DNA of 57,444 nt, filler included, from Sphacelaria rigidula (taxonomy: Eukaryota): NCBI GenBank assembly GCA_964200075.2. It is 7 parts of 7 records of this genome, joined end to end, with 100 filler letters (N's around TTAATTAATTAA, not from the genome) between each part and the next. Parts side by side here need not be neighbours in the genome. Positions count along the whole stretch, not along the records: positions 32,885 to 41,004 come from CAXNAA020012223.1; positions 41,105 to 49,224 come from CAXNAA020012224.1; positions 49,325 to 57,444 come from CAXNAA020012225.1; 4 more parts are not named here. The stretch is one strand, 5' to 3'. How positions within the stretch are numbered: the stretch's first letter is position 1; every line of letters starts with the position of its first letter. Position numbers and translations under genes: made by a program. Shown here piece after piece: positions 36,666-50,061 of this stretch. The notes under the pieces were generated by a model. It was given only the letters and a program-made list of their open reading frames with translations. It had not been told where the DNA came from and did no database searches.

Positions 36666-39600
36666 CGCAGATTCTCGGCTCCTTCTCCTACGCCATGGAT
36701 CAAGATTGTGCCGGGGGGCAAACAGCGCCTCTACTGTTCGGCACTTTGGAAAGACGTATCATAAGTTACTTCGATAAGTCTGATCAGGCCGGCGCCATCA
36801 AGGGCCTCAGCTCCATCGCTGTGGCAACGGATGTACTCTTTGCTGACTACCTACGCGATTTCAAGCTTTTGGTGTCTGGTGTGACTGGTACTGGCCGACA
36901 GAACGGCCCTAGCGATGCTATGTATCAGACGTATGTTCGCAATAGTATCGCCCAGCAATTTCCGACGCTGATGCCGTCTCTGTTTCCGGGCGCTCTGGCG
37001 CACGAAGAGGTGCCTTGCGCCTCCGTTGACGCGATGTGGACTGCGTTTGTAGATCAAGAACATGATTTAACGCCTGCCATTCGTGGCACACAGTGTTCTT
37101 CCGTGTCTCGTGGACGCACTCAGACTTTGTCCAGTAATACTTGGACACCCAACTATGCCGGTGGATCGGTCATGTCTGTTCATAGCAAAAAAGACGCGTT
37201 CCGAGCAAGCTTCGATGCTTGGCCTTATTCGGCAGAAAATTTGATGACGTTTGTGTCGTTTCCACAACTGCTTTCATCGCAGATGACCCACATTTGTGGA
37301 CCCCCTTGCTTTCGCCTTCGGCTCGCAAGGATGCTTTTCGTCGCCATGCTAACACATGCATCAACTGCAATGGTACTGGTCACAGTATGCGTGACTGCCC
37401 TGAACCTTGCATCAATACTTTTTTCGCTCATGAACCGTGAACTCCAGAGCAACGGGCTAGCGTGGCGCCGATGGCAAAGACGCATGCGCGAGTATCGTAC
37501 ACCAACTCGCCACCATCGCCAGCCTTACAACAATCATAGCGATTCTCGCTCACATCGCGACCGCCGCCACACCACCAACACCGTCTCGTGTACTCGCCAC
37601 AGAGATAGTTCTTCCCGCCCTCCTCAGTCTTCGCATGGTTATCACCAGCGAATGGGGCCGAGTCACGACAACTCAAATCCCAATGCCAGGAACCTTGGTT
37701 CTTTCATGACGGATCGTGACGACCCATGATACGCCGACGACGGCGTGAAGTCTTCGGCGCCGCCGATAGCAGAATCGAAGACTCATCCAACACATACCGT
37801 TGCTCGGGTGACAAAACGTTCTCACCCAAACTCTTCAACACTATGTAGGAAATCTAATGACGGCTGTTCTTCTCGACCCCCGTCTTTATCTTACACAGAG
37901 TAACCGTTATGTTGACCCACCACCCAGCTAGCTCTATGCTTGGCGCAAGACTTGATCCTCCGGAACTAAGTATAAATCTGAGGTGTGGGAAAACCGACCG
38001 CGGACCCTTGAGGCACAGTCTTCCCTCAACGACCGCACGCACAGGTTGTAGCAGACTTCCCTCGATTCCTACCCAGCCTGATCGCAGTCGTTCTTCGCGC
38101 CACTCTTCTGCCGCGAAACTACCCCGGCATACAGCGGATAACATTCGTCCCCTGTGCCCTTTGTACCTAACTTGCGAGCGGACAGTACACAAGTTTCGGC
38201 CGAGCATGCCCCGATGCTGACAACATCACCTCAACTGGACGAAGTTGCAGTTTACCAAGAAGTCTTGGATGTTCCCAACCATTTGTCACGGCACGAGAGG
38301 AAGCCTCGTCGCCATGCCCCTAGGGAAGCGCGAGCATTGACACGTACCCCTCCCGCCAGCGGAAAATTCCGACCTCATTCTCCCCCAAAAGCGGCGACTT
38401 TGAGCTCGATGACATTGCCAAGCATCCAAGAGGAATCTCAATCGGACCTTTCAGACGGCACCGCATCCTCCACTGATTACCCCCGTGGCACTTCGCAGCA
38501 ATCTCTCTTCAATGATGACCCTTGTATTTCCGAGCCAGTCATGTACGAGATTGATCAAAATCCTGATTCACGCTGCCCTTCACGATCGGATCAGATCCCC
38601 GCGCTGTCTACCGATACCTTTAAACCCCCCGCGGATCACCCGCCATCCGTTTTCACGGTCAGTCCGACTGATCGTGAACAATTCACGTTATCTGAACATG
38701 GTCCTGACCTGGTCGGCGGTAAGGTGCCCGTTGATCCTGCCACCTTCACTACCCGCGTAGCATTACACTGCGGCCCTTGCGCCACCGCGCGCGCCAAGTG
38801 CGTCTCGTTGTCAGGCAGCGGTAGTTCACAGACATCCATCAAAGAATCCATGTGGAATCATATGAAGCAGACTAGCGCTGCCTCCGATGTTTGCGAAATC
38901 ACTACCCAACCTCGCGTTTGGGGCGGTTTCGGCGACTCCAACACACCTCTGACGACACGAAAGTCAGTTCGTCTTCGTGTACATTTTTTTTACAATGATA
39001 CATGTTCGGCTAGTCTCGCAGTCTGAGCTTACATCGTCCCTGATAGCACCATGCATCATGCTCTCCTCCTTGGCAGAGATAGCTACATGCGGTTCGACCA
39101 ACGTACGTACCGCACCCTCCCACCATTATCGCCTCAGTCGGCGCCTCGTGGAGAACTCCACCTAGAACACTTTGATACCCTCAGTGGTGCCTTAGCCTAC
39201 AAAAAGAATGAGCAGGCTACCGGAGCGGCTTACTACCTTCGGTACAGTGGCAGTTCTGGTGTCACCCTTTCCGACGAGCCTCAACTTTTGGACGTTTTGC
39301 TTGTTCGCCGCAACGGTATGCCTGCCCTCACCGGCCACTATCTTGCGGAATTGCTGCCTAAAGTTGGTGCGCCCGCTGGCACTGAACATCTTGTCTCGGA
39401 CGGCGAACAACTCCTATCTCTCACAGGCCACGCTAATTTGGAACCTGGCGATGTCTTGGGCATCGCCGCGGCTCCTCTTCTGCACATTCCTCTGGATACC
39501 TGTGTAGCCGACCCTCCGGCGCCTGATTCCACACCGCCGACTGATGGTTATGTTCACTGCGTTGATGAGCCATACTTTGATCTATCCCCCTCACGCCCGA

Positions 39601-41004
39601 CTCCGATTTCTGCGGTGGAATCCGACCGACCCCCTGCTAAACCTCCTGATGAAGTGCTTCAACGCTCATTGGTCGAGCCTCGGGAACACTTGCTGCAAAT
39701 GTGGCACCAACTTTCACCTCATTTGCGTGGTATCCATTTCGATCTACATGGTCCGGGCTGGGAGCCCGCTGTCATCCAAGAGTTATAAGATGTTCTCCTG
39801 GAATATCAGGACAGATTTTCCCGATCCAAGACGGATCTCGGGCATTGTAAAACATGGCCATTCAAGATAACCCTGCAACCTGGCGTTTCGCCCATCTCAT
39901 CTCGACCATATCGCACGAATCCACTCCTCACCAAAAAAGTCAATGCTATTTTGGATGCATACTTAGGAGCTGGTCTGATTCAACACTCGTCTTCGCCATG
40001 GGCCTCACCCCTCGTGGTCGTACGCAAAAAAGATGGCAACATACGCATCACCGTGAATTGCAAACGGGTGAATCGCGTCACTGTCGTGGGAAAACTCCCC
40101 ATACCTCGCATCGACGAAGTCTTCGATCCGGCATCTGGGTTTTTCCAAAATGCAAGTCACCCCGATACAATGCCCTTGACAGCATTCTGTACATCTTCAG
40201 GGCTTTATGAATGGCTTCGTATGCCACAAGGCGCTGCCACAGCATCTGGCAGCTTTCAACGCCTCATGCAACGCGTTACTGACGGTCTCGAGCATGTCAT
40301 CATGTATCTAAACGATGCTATCGCTTTTGATGCCTTCCCCAAGGCGCATGTTCACACTCTACGGGAATTCCTCTCCCGCTTGCGTACACACGACTTGATA
40401 TTGTCTCATTCCAAAGCTCGACTCGGAGCGACTGAAATGGATTTTTTGCGACACTCCATCTCCCCTGCTGGATTGCACCCAGACACGAACAAAGTCAAGG
40501 CTATGACTGATATGCCCATGCCCACCAATATTTCGCCGCTTTGCTCGCTGTTGGGCAGACTTTCTTATTATCGCAAATTTTTGCCCAACTTGTCCACGCG
40601 GATCCGGCCCATCACCGATTTCTTGAAGAGAAACGTCCCGTGTGTCCTAGTAAAGAAATGGAAGCTACCGTCCGCGAATTGCTCAAAACACCGACCGAAA
40701 AACAGGTTATTTGTTTTCCGGATTGGGATGCGGTACAAGACGGCTCACGTCTTTTCCAACTACACACCGATGCTAGCACAGACGGATTCGGCGCAGTTTT
40801 GAATCAGCCTCAACTGAATGGCTCTGTCCGACCTATTTTGTACATCAGCCGCGCAACCCTCCCAAACAAGGCAAACTGAAGTTCACTCGGACTAGAAGGC
40901 AGAGTCATTACTTGGGCTATTAAACGGCTTCGACAGTACTTGTTCCACGTGCCTTTCCACATCTATACAGATCACGGAGCTCTTGCACAACTCGCTAAGG
41001 TTGG
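36662..41004 (+). mobile_element. Ty3/Gypsy retrotransposon internal region (gag-PR-RT-RNase H), decayed and cut by the contig end
   Basis: CCHC knuckle CINCNGTGHSMRDC (about 37358-37400), degenerate protease (SLSGSGSSQTSI...LLLGRD), RT at 39951-40802 with YLND instead of YLDD, and RNase H LHTDAS. Multiple stops and frameshifts. The RT is closely similar to 23491-24177. Confidence 0.9.
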
Positions 41005-41104
41005 NNNNNNNNNNNNNNNNNNNNNNNNNNNNNNNNNNNNNNNNNNNNTTAATTAATTAANNNNNNNNNNNNNNNNNNNNNNNNNNNNNNNNNNNNNNNN
41101 NNNN
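41005..41104. other. Artificial contig linker
   Basis: 44N-TTAATTAATTAA-44N. Confidence 0.98.
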
Positions 41105-41176
41105 CGCCAACCCCATCGGGGGTCCGCCCCTACAAGGCCGGGACGGAGCACGCCGGGTTCTCGCCGGACCAGGCTG
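41105..41176. repeat. Dispersed repeat 'module A' at a contig start
   Basis: cccctacaaggccgggacggagcacgccgggttctcgccggaccaggct. Confidence 0.8.
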
Positions 41177-41410
41177 GGCATGATCATGGGGGGGGATAGA
41201 GAAGGGGTGGAGTACTTGAATTTTTTTTCCAATATACATTTTGAGCTTTGAAATAGCTGCGTGCTTCATACCCGTCTTCCTGGGATGGTGTGTGTGCGCG
41301 AATCGGGTACAGCAGTGCTAATACAGGTGCAGCGGATGGCCTCCTGCATTTCTCCTACAATCCAACGCACGTTTCATTGTGTTGCTTCTCTTTTTGTCGT
41401 GCACACGCAG

Positions 41411-44400
41411 GTGGATACGTTTACCGCGGTCAGTACTTCGAGGAAGTGCTTGGTGGTGCTTATGTCTTCGGTGACTCGCAAAACAAGTAAGTTGATCGAC
41501 CCATACAAGAGTGGTCGTTCTCCCGTCTCTTGAGTCCCGTGGGCGACGCGTTCTGTAGTGTATGAAAACTGGTGGGATACACTAAAATAATGACCAAATT
41601 TCTGCACATCACACGGGACGGGAATTGCATTTTTCGCCGAACATAGAAGCGGATTGTTTCACCTCTTAACTTGACGGCATGCGCCCCCCCGTCGTTTGAC
41701 CTTGTCGGCCTCAAACACAGGAATGTATACAGTCTGAAGGAAGTTGACGGAGGCTTGAAAGTCAGCACCATCATCGGAGATGGTAGCTTGTCCATCATTA
41801 GCTTCGCCGAAGATATCAACGTGAGGGTGGACTGCTTGTTAGCCCAGTTAGATTTGTTCAGGGGGGTGCTGGAGGCGTTCTCATGAATTTGCGTACCTTA
41901 GTCATACGACCACTGACCTCGCCGGCTATTTTTGACGTTATATATTGCCGTCTTTTCCCCCGTCACCTCTTGCTTGTTTCCTACAGGGCGAGCTGTTTGT
42001 GATCGACAAGAACTGGAAGATTTACCAGCTGCCTTGCGGAGATCTATGCGCCTCGACTTGCCTCGTGCAGACCGACTCATCACCCGACTTCGATGTACGT
42101 GGGAGGAAGCAACTGGGAAATTGTATGACTGAAGAGAGAAGAAATACACGAGAAGGAGCGGCAAGCTAATGATTTATTTTTCATTTTCTTTTTACGTGAA
42201 GATTGCGCGAAGCATGAAAGAAATATTGCATGAGAAGCACGTAGTAAATGAACTCTCTTCTTGCGCACGTGCGCCACGGAAATATTCACCTGTTCCCTTC
42301 TCGGGATGTACACTTTTGCCCCGAAAACATTGCCCTGTTCCTTTTCCGGATGCTCTTTTTCTTCACTGCCCTCTTGTTTTCTTCCCGTCGACCAGCGTCT
42401 TGGTTGCTACGCCGACGACGCTAAGAACCGCGTGCTGTCCGTGCAATCAGCACCCACCTGTCCCGAAGGAGAGCGCGCCATGTCCCCCCAGATCTGTGCC
42501 GACTACTGCGCCACCGTGGAAGGAGCAGAGACCTTCGGTGTTGAGTTTTCTTGGCAATGCTTCTGTGGTGCCGGGGACGACTACACGCGCATCGGCGAGT
42601 TGGATGACGCTGAGTGCAACTTCCTGTGCACAGCCTTCCCGGAAATCACTTGCGGTGGCAACAGTGCGGTGGAGGTGAGAAAGAATTGCAGGAAATATCG
42701 CCGCGAAGAAGTAGTCTGAGGAGAGCGTTGAACATATACTTTTCTGGCAGCATGGTTCGTGACATTGAAACAGCACTCTCGTGTATAATTGTCTTGTTTT
42801 TTCTTTTGGTGATGGTCGGTCGATCAAACAACGAGTACCCCTGAATGTGAACTTATCCATTAATTCGTCACCTAATATACGCGGTACTGTACGTACTCAT
42901 TCGCTTGGTTCAAACCAACATCGGACAGGTGTACGTGATCACCGATGTGGCACCGACCCCGGCCCCGGTGGCAATCGTTACCCAGCTTCCCGCGGTTATT
43001 GTGGATGAACCCCTCCCTGGCACTCCCACTGAAGACACGCCTTCACCGGTGTCGGTCGAGGAGACGCCCGCTCCAGTGTCGGTGGAGCAGCCAACGCCCG
43101 CCACTGGCGACTACGCGTACGTTGGATGCTACGCGGATTCTTCGAGTGCACGCGTACTTACCCTGGACTCCACTAAGGGGGACCCTACTATGACTGCGGA
43201 CGTGAGTTTGTGTGACGAGAAGTTTAGCGACTCCGAGATGAAAATTTTGAAGTGGCTTGAGGGCTAAATTTTCAGATTTTCGCTAGTTATTATTGGTATG
43301 ATGGTGTAAAAGGGAATTCCGGGTGAGGTACTTCGAAAATATTTTGCGAATTCTTCTGCACCCCCCCCAACCTTCCCCTCCCCCGCGACGAATTGCCAAC
43401 CTTTGCACGATGCTGCAGGTATGTTCTGAGTTCTGCGCGGGATCGACCTACTTCGGAACCGAGTTCGGCACTGAGTGCTTCTGCGGAGCTGACACCGACA
43501 CTCCGGAAGAAGCCGCCGAGGCCACCAATTGCGATGTCCCGTGTGCGGGGGACGCCACCGAAAACTGCGGAGGCAAGAATGCGGTAAGCTTGTACGAGTT
43601 TGGCGGGGTTTCTCCACCTACTCCGTCACCGGTGGACTCTGAGCCGCCAACACCCACCACCTCGGGTTACGACTCTGTGGGGTGCGTCACGGATTCTCCC
43701 GCTGCACGCGTGCTCAGCCTCAAGTCGATCAAGAAACAGCCGGACATGACTGCGGACGTGAGTTGTGGGACGAGGGAGAGGGGAAGAGGAAGTGACTCAC
43801 GAGATGGAAAAAGAAATGGCGGCCCTTTCTCTGAGAGGGGCGTTTTGAGGGTTTCTCGCTCCTGGTTATTTGTACTACATGATGCAATGCAACAGAGGGT
43901 TCCGAGTAAAGTACTCGATAATATGATGAGCGTGTCAGTATATGCTTTCAAGGATAACGAGAGAGGGCTGTTCATTCTGGAAAATTTTCATGAACTCATT
44001 TTTTCTGTTCCCCGCCCCCCCCCGGTGTATATCCAACTTTCATGCATCCTCGCAGCTCTGCTATGGGTACTGCCAGGGATCGCTCTACTTCGGCACCGAG
44101 TTCGGCAGCGAGTGCTTCTGCGGAGCAGACACAGACACTCCGGAGGAAGCCCCCGCGTCCACGAACTGCGACATGGCGTGTTCGGGCGACGCCGACGAAA
44201 CCTGTGGAGGCAGGAACGCGCTGAACTTGTACCTGGGCGACGGGGCGATTGTGGAGGGTTACCTGGGGTGCTGGACGGACGTCACGACTGACCGCATCTT
44301 CGGGGACAAGCTCAGTGACGCAACTATGACCATAGAGGTGCGTTTTGTTTCAAATTATTACAGGGCGTGTTCTCTACAGATACGACCGTGTCGGTCTGTT

Positions 44401-45340
44401 TCTTTGTACTGCCTGTCGTGGGAGAAGACGATGAAGGAGCCTGATGGTGTTGATTGTGAGCTGAAAGAGGAGACTCTTCATTACATCATGGTGTGTTCGG
44501 CGCAGCACTAATATTTATCTTCCGTTTTTTCTCTTCGTTGGAAAGGTGGATGACGCCGTTTTACTTGTGGGAGGGTGGGGGACCAAGCGTATGTTTGGGC
44601 AGAGGGGCTTTTGCTTTTGATCCATCCTGTCGGGAAAGAAATGATCTGGTTAGTGTCCCCTTTTTATATTTCTTCTTACCGTCACGAGTCTGGTGCGCTG
44701 TTTTATTTTTGCTTCTTTCCCTGTTCTTTGTCCGCAGACGTGTGCCACTCACTGCGATGGAAACGCGTACTACGGTGTGCAGTACGGTTCAGAGGTGAGA
44801 AGCAAGGATGGGTAATTTGATAACAGGTACACAATAAATAAAAAACGCCTCCACACGGCATTTTATTCACGATGTTCGTGGGTTTTTGGGGGTGGATATT
44901 TTCGAGACGGCAGCTGATGTTTCAGAACAGCACAGGCAGCTGGCGAGTCTCCCGCGTGCAAGTGGAAGCCCACGTGATTTCGTCGTCAATTTTTCACTCC
45001 CGCCGAACGACTTGCATCAAACGCACGGAACCAACTTGACATGAAGTTTTGCGTGGTGCCAAAAAAGTACTTCGTTGCGTGACCCATTCAAATGTTGGTA
45101 GACCGCCCCCCCCCCCATCCCCCCCACCCCCCACCCCCCCGCCCGCCCAAATTTTGGGTGGGGGGGGTGGTGTATGTGCACGCGCGTTCGTCTCTCTTTT
45201 TCACTCATCAGTGCTTCTGCGGTGCAGCGGACGCCGACTTCACCAAGCACGGGGAGTCGTCGGCATGTTCGTTCTCCTGCGCAGGCAATTCTCTTCAGAC
45301 TTGCGGTGGCAAAAACGCGATGAGTGTGTACGAATACTAA
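41411..45340 (+). CDS. 5'-partial glucose/sorbosone dehydrogenase (HIPL-like) propeller protein with four C-terminal WSC domains; join(<41411..41486,41721..41820,41987..42094,42396..42674,42929..43201,43419..43757,44056..44337,44738..44794,45212..45340)
   Basis: All introns are GT-AG with consistent phase. GGYVYRG..LGGAYVFGD and SFAEDINGELFVI match GSDH/HIPL motifs. Four GC..D...R / MT..C..C / FG.E..ECFCG / C..C / CGG.NA WSC units, with Pro/Thr-rich linkers between the first three. Confidence 0.88.
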
Positions 45341-48300
45341 TTACGCACACCGTAGACAAGGCGAGGCAGATACAACCAGACAAAATACCAGAAATGTCTC
45401 TGTAAGCATCCTGAACATGGAGTGCTCTTGGGTGGGCGGGGTGGGGCAGGGCTTCCCTAGTTTCATAGCCCTTGCGTTTTTTTTCGCGGGCATGTGTTTC
45501 GTGTGTGTGCCGTGTCTGTGTGTTTGAAGTGGAAGTGGGTCAGGATTCCTGGGAGGAACCTCTCATCATATGAGTATTGCCCGCCCTTTTGTTCGTACGC
45601 TATTTTTGCTCTCCCTTGTGCTCGGATTGATTTGGCTGCACGGGATTGTTGGGCGATATTCTGAGAGGATGAAAGAAGGGTGGGGAGTAGATGTAGTGAT
45701 GGCGGTACTTGTGCTGATGGATGCATGTTGCACCTCCTCTCAACGAGGTGACCCCTGACGGAAAACCATAGCGTGCGCCCATAAGCTGTCGAAGCCCTCG
45801 TGTAGAGTGTCCCGCGAGGAAATGATCTGAGAGATGAGAAAACCTGCATTTCGTATTTGTGCGTGGTTGTCTTCTTTTTGTGGAGTTTTTCGACTTTCCC
45901 CCTTGTACTTTTGAAAGGATGTGGGCCGTTATTACTGGCCTTGTCTGGACTGTGTCTTGCGTAGCGTTGGAAGCTTCCTGCTTTTGCGTGTTCGGCTGCT
46001 GCCACACACCGTCGTTTTCCCCGGTGATGTCCTTCCTTGTCCTCGGGAGGAACGAAGGCGTCTTGACTTTGTCGCCATTGGCGCGAAGCTGTGTGCCAAA
46101 TGAGGACGTGGCGAGCGGACGTTTGTACACTTTTGCCTCCCCCTATATTTGGCCAAGTGTAGTCGACGGCTGCGGCGGCGGGGGGGTGGTTGTGTACCTT
46201 AGCTATCTCCACAAGTAAGTCATATATTACACGTTTTCCGGTTTCTGGTGGATATGCCGTCGTAGACAAGCATTTGTCCTCCCTTCCGTTTGCCGCTCGA
46301 TTGTTACATGTCTTGTCACGTTCGTTTTCCCACTTGTTGAGGGGGTTTGTTGTTGTGCAATGATGTTTTGGTGATCTGTGTTTCTCGGTTGTTGCGGGAT
46401 GGAAACACGGCCGCCGGCTAGCCAGCGAGCTAGCACGCATTTGTAGTATAGTACAAAGGGAGGGGAGAAAAAAACACAAGTTTTGACACATGTGAACACG
46501 TACTCAGCAGCCCCCTGAACGCGTAGATTTGAGTCGTCCACCACCGCACCGCGCGCGAGTTCGTGTGTAGTGTGTAAACAATTTTCCAGAGATGTTTTTT
46601 TTGTAATGTTTCTCTTCTGCGTGTTTTTTTTTTTGTCCTCTACATTAGCCGTTATGGAAGTTTGACGTTGATGAGCTCACGTGTTTGAAATATGTGTGCT
46701 GGTTGTGCATACGCACGCAACGAGGCAACTTCTACGTATGTCTCGAGCTAATGTATATTCCTCGTGATACGAGGCGTACGCATAGGACGAGAGGAGGGAT
46801 TTTCTTTTATTTTCATTTTCTTTTATAGAGGTAGCGACCGGAGGTCAATTCCCCTATACGGGCCACATATTTTTTTTCATGTGTAACTAGGGTACCTATC
46901 TGCCTCCAGCCCTTTGATCCCATGAGAGTCGACGGGCTGACGGGATCATAGCAGGAGCACGCAGTTCGCTCGGGCGAATGCTGGGGACGTCGTTCGTAAT
47001 GTGTTTCCATTGTCGGGAAATGGGTGGTCGAGGTATGATCAAAGCAGGAAACACTCGGAAGACACGTGGCAACTGTTCTGTCCTTGTGCACTGCATCGTC
47101 TCTCGGAGGTGTCTCTCCACGGAGTTTGGTTTCACCATACTTTTCGCGTTACCGTACGCAACGAGTGTGGATAGATAAATGTCATCATTAGGCAGCGCGT
47201 CTCAGGCGAACGTTGGTCGGAAAGTCATCGGTTGGGATTCGAGCCCGACCCCAGGGATGAGGCAGAGGGCTGGGGGAGGGGGGGGGATAAAATGCATAGG
47301 TTGGGTGATCAGATTCTGTACCCGTCGACGCTGGTAACCTGCCAGATGTCGCCATCTATGGTGCTCCATCTTCACTTTGTGCATTCCGCAGGTCTGTTCT
47401 GTGATCCGTTGCCCTGGATACCGTGGGTTGTACGGAGGTGTAAAGGATTGGCCTATTTCCTTCGATATGATGGGTTGCGTCGTAGCGCCCGGGATTAAGA
47501 ACGTTCTGACGTATGCTCGCGGAATGAAGGAACGTGATGAAGTGGAGTGCATTGAAACAACCATCACGACTATGTAGTGGTTACGTCCATTTGTACGTGG
47601 GCTCGGCGAGCGTAAATGTTACGACTTGTCGAGCGGACGCGTGGAACGGAAGGGTCATGTTTTTTCGCCTCTTGAAACTCTTACCTTGTCTTGCTTCAAA
47701 TGAAGGGAGGTAGAACTAACTGTTGTTGCTGGACACTTGTGGTGAATGGATTCGTTGAGGCTGTACTGTTGAGTGTTGATCATTTCGTCTTGTGCGGTGC
47801 GACTGATTCTTGTATGTAATATCTATGTGCATACACTCGTTCTCGTTCTGGTATGTTACGTGTTCGTGTACGTTGTATGCTTACGGTGCGTTGGCAAATA
47901 TATATGGTGCGTTTTTCGAAGGAGAAGCTTGTTGCTCTTTGGTCTTTTAGCTCATCGAAGGCGTACGAATAAGAAACGAAGCGAACGGGAACGGCTAGTG
48001 TACGACAGCATGGTGGACGGCCACTCTGATCACCATCTGTCCGCTCGCCGGGGAGACATATTCTGGTTGCTGGTGTCGGTTATCTAACGTTTGTTTTTTG
48101 CGGCTTACCCCATTACTACTGCGATGGTTCCGTCACTCGGTCATTTGGCAAGTTGTTTGGATGAACACGGATGGTGTACGCGAAGTGAAGAATGGTAAAC
48201 GTTGTATCAATAGTAAAATTAATGACATTCTTGAACGTCTCACATCACACATGCGTGTGACTTCGCACGACGTGTACCCTAACTCAAACCCCGATGATTT

Positions 48301-49224
48301 GGGACCTGTGTGGGCCCGCCGTACTCGTAATATACCCTGCTGCATGTGCTGTACGTGATGCGGGGAAGCTGGCTGATATACATCACTGTTGTTGGCCTGA
48401 TGACGCCTGACACCTTGGCACGGAGTTTCCGCCGTGTTCTGATGAAATAACGTATCGTGAGACTAGAACGCTGACTGAGAGTGGCTTTGATCAATCACTT
48501 CAACTCATCTGATTTTCGTTCCGTATGTGCTTTTCTTTGCCTCCATCACTGGCGTGTGCTTCCAGCTACTCGTCGATATTTTACTCAGGGATATCACAGG
48601 CCTCAGTGGCAAGCTACTACAGAAAACATATCGGATTACGATGGGGGTATTTCGGAACTGAAACGATTCATATACTGATTGACCGGTTTACACTCTCAAT
48701 CGTATCCTTCACTTCTCACTCTCAAGAAAATACTCTTGATTGCATTTGTGACAAGCTACAATAATACGACATGAGGCTACGCCTCGTGTATATACGTATA
48801 TGTATCATTTCACTTTTTTCACCAATCTTGCCGAGTTTCCTCAGGCGGCAAGGCATCTTATCACGCGATTTCTCTTGCAGTGCACGAAGAAGGTGCAGCG
48901 GTACATTACCTTTCAGCTTTGGGTGTCTGTCATCTGATACCTGTGGCGCGTGTTCTGGCCATCGAAAGTCGCCCACACTGGCTCTTTTTTGCGGGGTGTC
49001 GATCCCCAACCACAAAAGCCTCGATCATGGAAAACTTAGAACAGGAACCCGAACCACAAAAGCCTGTCCATGGCGGGGTATTTCTTTGCGTTCTCGTTGA
49101 TAGGCAGAGAGTTCACCGACACCCGGCGTTCGGGGCTTGTCATGTGTAGCCATTCCGTCCCACCGCCGATTTTGTCCGGTTGTGTACTGACTTCAATTCG
49201 CGCGCATGATAGTCGTCTTGCGAT

Positions 49225-49324
49225 NNNNNNNNNNNNNNNNNNNNNNNNNNNNNNNNNNNNNNNNNNNNTTAATTAATTAANNNNNNNNNNNNNNNNNNNN
49301 NNNNNNNNNNNNNNNNNNNNNNNN
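49225..49324. other. Artificial contig linker
   Basis: 44N-TTAATTAATTAA-44N. Confidence 0.98.
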
Positions 49325-49365
49325 AGCCGGGACGGAGCACGCCGGGTTCTCGCCGGACCAGGCTA
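49325..49365. repeat. Dispersed repeat 'module A' at a contig start
   Basis: gccgggacggagcacgccgggttctcgccggaccaggcta. Confidence 0.8.
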
Positions 49366-49368
49366 TCT

Positions 49369-49455
49369 GGGGGGAGGGGGGGGGGGGGGGCGCACTCATT
49401 TGTTGCTCGCCTTAGTCATTTGACCATTGACCACGCATCCCTTTCGAGACGGAGC
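49369..49455 (-). mobile_element. LINE-like 3' end copy inserted in a G tract
   Basis: Encodes APSRKGCVVNGQMTKASNK*. Both flanks read tctggggg...aggggg, which is TSD-like. Confidence 0.8.
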
Positions 49456-50061
49456 CATTTTTCTGGGGGGGGGGGGAGGGGGAGGGCTATCGCGGCATAA
49501 CTCGACCGCGACGTCGCCTCGGAACACTTCCACAGGCTGACAGTCCAGGGACATCCGGGGGTTTCCAGGGGGCGGCGGGGTGGTTTTTGACGGGGTGGGG
49601 GGTGGAGGTCTACTCGCAAAACGGCCGAAAAACTCATTTTTCAAATGAACAATCGATGCCGATTTAACAGATAACCTACTCTCGCCGCCCAAGGGTTGTC
49701 AACCATGTATACAGAAACCCCTAAGCCAGGAGCGAGGCCCGAGAGGAGCGGAGTGACCATTTTGAGAGCTTTGATTGGTCAGAATGGTTCCTATTATTAG
49801 AGCTCAGAAATGGTACGAGTGATAACTGACCATCATCATTATATTGGTGATAACGGTAATGACTGTATGAAATTTTCGGATACTGGTTTCAAGCTATTAT
49901 TAACCGTTACCGGCTACATGTGCTACATACAGCAGGCGGCTACAACAGACAGTACACAACATACAACAGCAGCCCTGGACTGCAGGGCACACTCCAGCGC
50001 ACACAAGGACGCAGAGGACACGCCAGAGCGCGAACCCCGCCAACCATAGAGACTATCGGTA

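Noticed and set aside
45463-46491. 342-aa minus-strand ORF
   Set aside because: Antisense to the probable 3' UTR of the WSC gene, with no motifs; likely a chance ORF.
47225-47250. B-box-like gggattcgagccc
   Set aside because: No matching A box or cloverleaf.
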